Origin: a virus
Taxonomy: Duplodnaviria; Caudoviricetes
Reading direction: 5' to 3' (one strand)
DNA: 64,000 nucleotides
IMG/VR virus record: IMGVR_UViG_3300031965_000013
Location: 7,654 to 71,653 of that record
The translations under genes were made by a program, and so were the position numbers. Shown here one piece after another: positions 61,578-64,000 of the stretch; the first letter of the stretch is position 1, and each line of letters opens with the position of its first letter. Below the pieces are notes generated by a model. The model worked only from the letters and a program-made list of their open reading frames with translations. It searched no databases and was not told the origin of the DNA.

Positions 61578-63512
61578 CTACCTGTTCAGCCATCCACGTC
61601 GGCGCTCGTTACGTGACGTTGTGCCCAACCAATTACCCCGCGTCGGCCGATCCGGCGCGGCAATGCCCTTGGGCTGTTCCGCCGCGAATGCCGTTCGGTG
61701 CAGTCTGGCGCCAAGACTGGCCCGTGCTGCCAGGGCGTACACAGCGCAGTCCAGTGCTTCGTTGCGCCGTCCGCTCGGCAAATCCCATATCCGTTTGAGT
61801 CGGCCCTGCCGCTTTCGAATCACAACCTGTTCGGCCGTCAACTGGTCGATGACGTGCGGTTCGATGCCGGCCGCGATATGCACGAAACCAGGCCCTGGTT
61901 CAGTCAGTCTGAACCGTCCGTAAAGAGCATCCTTGGCTGTCTCGACACCGATGTTGTGGAACCGAAACGCCTGCTTGGCCTTCTTCGACACACTGGCCTT
62001 TGGCGTCCAGATCGGCTTAGGCCCCGGCACACCATGAATGGCGAACACCCGGCGCCCGCGTCTCGAATGACAGAACCGCAGCACCTGGTCGGTATGATGT
62101 CCGCCCATATCGATGCACGCCGCCTGAATCCGCAGAGACAGGCCAGACTCGGTACGCCGCATGGCAAGTAGCCATTTGTCCAGATCGTCCCAGACTTCCG
62201 TGGTTGCCGGGTCGCCGTAAAATACCTGGTGCTCTAGCAGCCAACTTTCTTCCGCCTCGCCAAATCCCCAAAGCGACGCTTCGAGACGATCACCTTGCGT
62301 GTCCACTCCAGACGTGAGCGCAGAAATCTCGTCGGGAACGTCTTTCGGCCCGAACGCCTCGACACGGTTGAGCAACGCTCCGGCGTCGATCTTCTCGGCG
62401 TCCTCTTCCCAGCACTCGCCAAGCGAGGTGTTTACCCACGCCTGCAACCGGGTCGGGTCATCCTTGGCGTCGAGGAACGCCCGCACCGTTTCCGATAGCC
62501 GATACCAAGGCGAGTAAAGCTCGCTGAGATGAAATCCGGCAACACCATTGAACGGTGCGCTGGCCTTCCATTCGCCCTCGCGAACGGCCTGCCAGCGTTG
62601 CGTGTCGCCCCACACTGAGCCGCAGCTTTCGCAGACATAGCCTGCCGTTTCCGGCTTGTGCCGTGCCCGTCCTGTGCCCTCACCCTTGTCCCAGACGACC
62701 CGCTCCAATTCCCAACGCAGCGTCTGATAATGGTTGCAGTCAGGGCACGGCACCCAAAAGTGCCGCTGATCGCTTTCGGCGTAAGCCTTCTCGATGCGCG
62801 ACAGCCCCTTGATCGTGGGGGTCGACACCAACACAATGCGCCGGTTCCAGAATGTCGCGGTACGCTTGATTGCCAGTGTTAGCGGGTCACCTTCTTCCCC
62901 AGCACTCTCGTCGTAGCGATCAACCTCATCACAAAGCACGATGCGGATGGGGCGTGATGCCAGCGACGCCGGCGAATTGGCCCCCGATAAGCTGATGTGC
63001 CCGCCGGTGAACGACTTGTGCCGAATCGTGTTACCGCTGTCCCGCGATCTCGCGTCGGCGATCCGACCAGTCAGCGTCGGCGTATCCCGCACCATCGGGG
63101 CCAGGCGGTCCTTGGAGAAGGCTTCCGCCATCTCCAGCGTCGGATGGACCATTAGTATCGGAGCCGGATCCTGATCGACGTGGTAGCCGATGACGTTCAG
63201 TTGCGTTTCCGTCTTGCCCACCTGGGCAGATGACATCACCACAACGGTATGCACCAGCGGATCGCTTACCGCATCCATGATGCCGCGCTGGTATTCCGCC
63301 CGGCTCGTATCCCATCGTCCCGGCTCGGCGCTGGCTTCAGGGCTCAGCCGCCGTTCACGATCAGCCCACTGGCTTACGGTGAGATTCGGCGGTGGGGCGA
63401 ATGTGCCCCACCAATCCTGGCAAGCGTCAAGTGTCGCCTTCCCCGTCTTCAGATACAGGTACGCCGGCAACGATGGTGCCCGCGAGTTCCGCGAGCGCTT
63501 CGTTGATGGCAT
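61578..63512 (-). CDS. terL: Terminase large subunit (lambda GpA family)
   Basis: SSAQVGKT, IVLCDEVD, STPT, GVDTQ, NEALDCAVYA; exact start uncertain. Confidence 0.95.
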   Translation of the reverse strand: MPSTKRSRNSRAPSLPAYLYLKTGKATLDACQDWWGTFAPPPNLTVSQWADRERRLSPEASAEPGRWDTSRAEYQRGIMDAVSDPLVHTVVVMSSAQVGKTETQLNVIGYHVDQDPAPILMVHPTLEMAEAFSKDRLAPMVRDTPTLTGRIADARSRDSGNTIRHKSFTGGHISLSGANSPASLASRPIRIVLCDEVDRYDESAGEEGDPLTLAIKRTATFWNRRIVLVSTPTIKGLSRIEKAYAESDQRHFWVPCPDCNHYQTLRWELERVVWDKGEGTGRARHKPETAGYVCESCGSVWGDTQRWQAVREGEWKASAPFNGVAGFHLSELYSPWYRLSETVRAFLDAKDDPTRLQAWVNTSLGECWEEDAEKIDAGALLNRVEAFGPKDVPDEISALTSGVDTQGDRLEASLWGFGEAEESWLLEHQVFYGDPATTEVWDDLDKWLLAMRRTESGLSLRIQAACIDMGGHHTDQVLRFCHSRRGRRVFAIHGVPGPKPIWTPKASVSKKAKQAFRFHNIGVETAKDALYGRFRLTEPGPGFVHIAAGIEPHVIDQLTAEQVVIRKRQGRLKRIWDLPSGRRNEALDCAVYALAARASLGARLHRTAFAAEQPKGIAAPDRPTRGNWLGTTSRNERRRGWLNR

Positions 63513-63918
63513 TGGATAACTTCTCCTGAACGACCGCCAGCGAAGTCGCGCCAAGGACCAACGGGGCCATTTTTGTCGGCATCGACAGAAGCCGTGACCG
63601 AACACGCGCAAATGACGATGTGACGGCGGCGTGAACATCGGCGCGGGGCAGCAACTCCTTGCGGGTCGCCGCATTGGTCAGCGCCGTTTTGTCCGCCAGT
63701 TCCTTGTCTTTGCGCGCCCGCTCCTGGGCAGGATCGAGATCGCCGGCGATAGCACGCCCGGCGGCAACCTCCCGCTGGTGTCGGATGTACTGCTCGCGCA
63801 CCGCATCGAGATCATACGCGGCCCGCGACTGACGGGTAATCACATCCTCGTCAAGTAGCTGCTTGAACCGCCGTTCGTCCATGAACAGGTGCTTGGCGCA
63901 TTCGGCAATCGTCGCCAT
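63427..63918 (-). CDS. terS: Terminase small subunit (Nu1-like)
   Basis: N-terminal HTH, YDLDAVREQYI, coiled coil; overlaps terL. Confidence 0.85.
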   Translation of the reverse strand: MATIAECAKHLFMDERRFKQLLDEDVITRQSRAAYDLDAVREQYIRHQREVAAGRAIAGDLDPAQERARKDKELADKTALTNAATRKELLPRADVHAAVTSSFARVRSRLLSMPTKMAPLVLGATSLAVVQEKLSNAINEALAELAGTIVAGVPVSEDGEGDT

Positions 63919-64000
63919 TCATTCGTGCCGCTTATGATTGGGGATAAGTGATGAAGGCCCCTTATGACAGGCTGGCCCTAGAAATACAGATCGCTAAAGT

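Noticed and set aside
63919-64000. cos site
   Set aside because: Expected near a lambda-type terS, but no identifiable cos or terS-binding repeats in the 82 bp available

Overview
The whole window is one continuous temperate, tailed (siphovirus-like) phage genome from an alphaproteobacterial host, inferred from GcrA- and GapR-like genes and a tRNA-Val att core. It is apparently non-integrated, because the attP lies inside the window with phage genes on both sides. Left to right: (i) leftward replication/regulation arm (primase-helicase cut by the window edge, initiator with iterons, DnaA-C domain, MT-A70 and C5 methyltransferases, GcrA, resolvase, GapR, Cro); (ii) a lambda-like cI/cro switch with visible operators; (iii) a rightward early arm (Sak4-like ATPase, exonuclease, NinB, many small genes, xis, int, attP, more small genes); (iv) a long leftward late/accessory arm from the terminases through portal, Clp-capsid fusion, fibres, tail and accessory operons to scattered lysis genes, interrupted by several antisense cassettes. 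The most notable items are a nine-enzyme glycosyl-/sulfo-/methyl-transferase block in the capsid operon (possible sulfated, methylated virion glycan), a phage-encoded MotA/ExbB + ExbD-like membrane complex, and reused gene-boundary linkers with 'empty cassette' mini-ORFs. All family assignments come from motifs recognised by eye; no database search was run.
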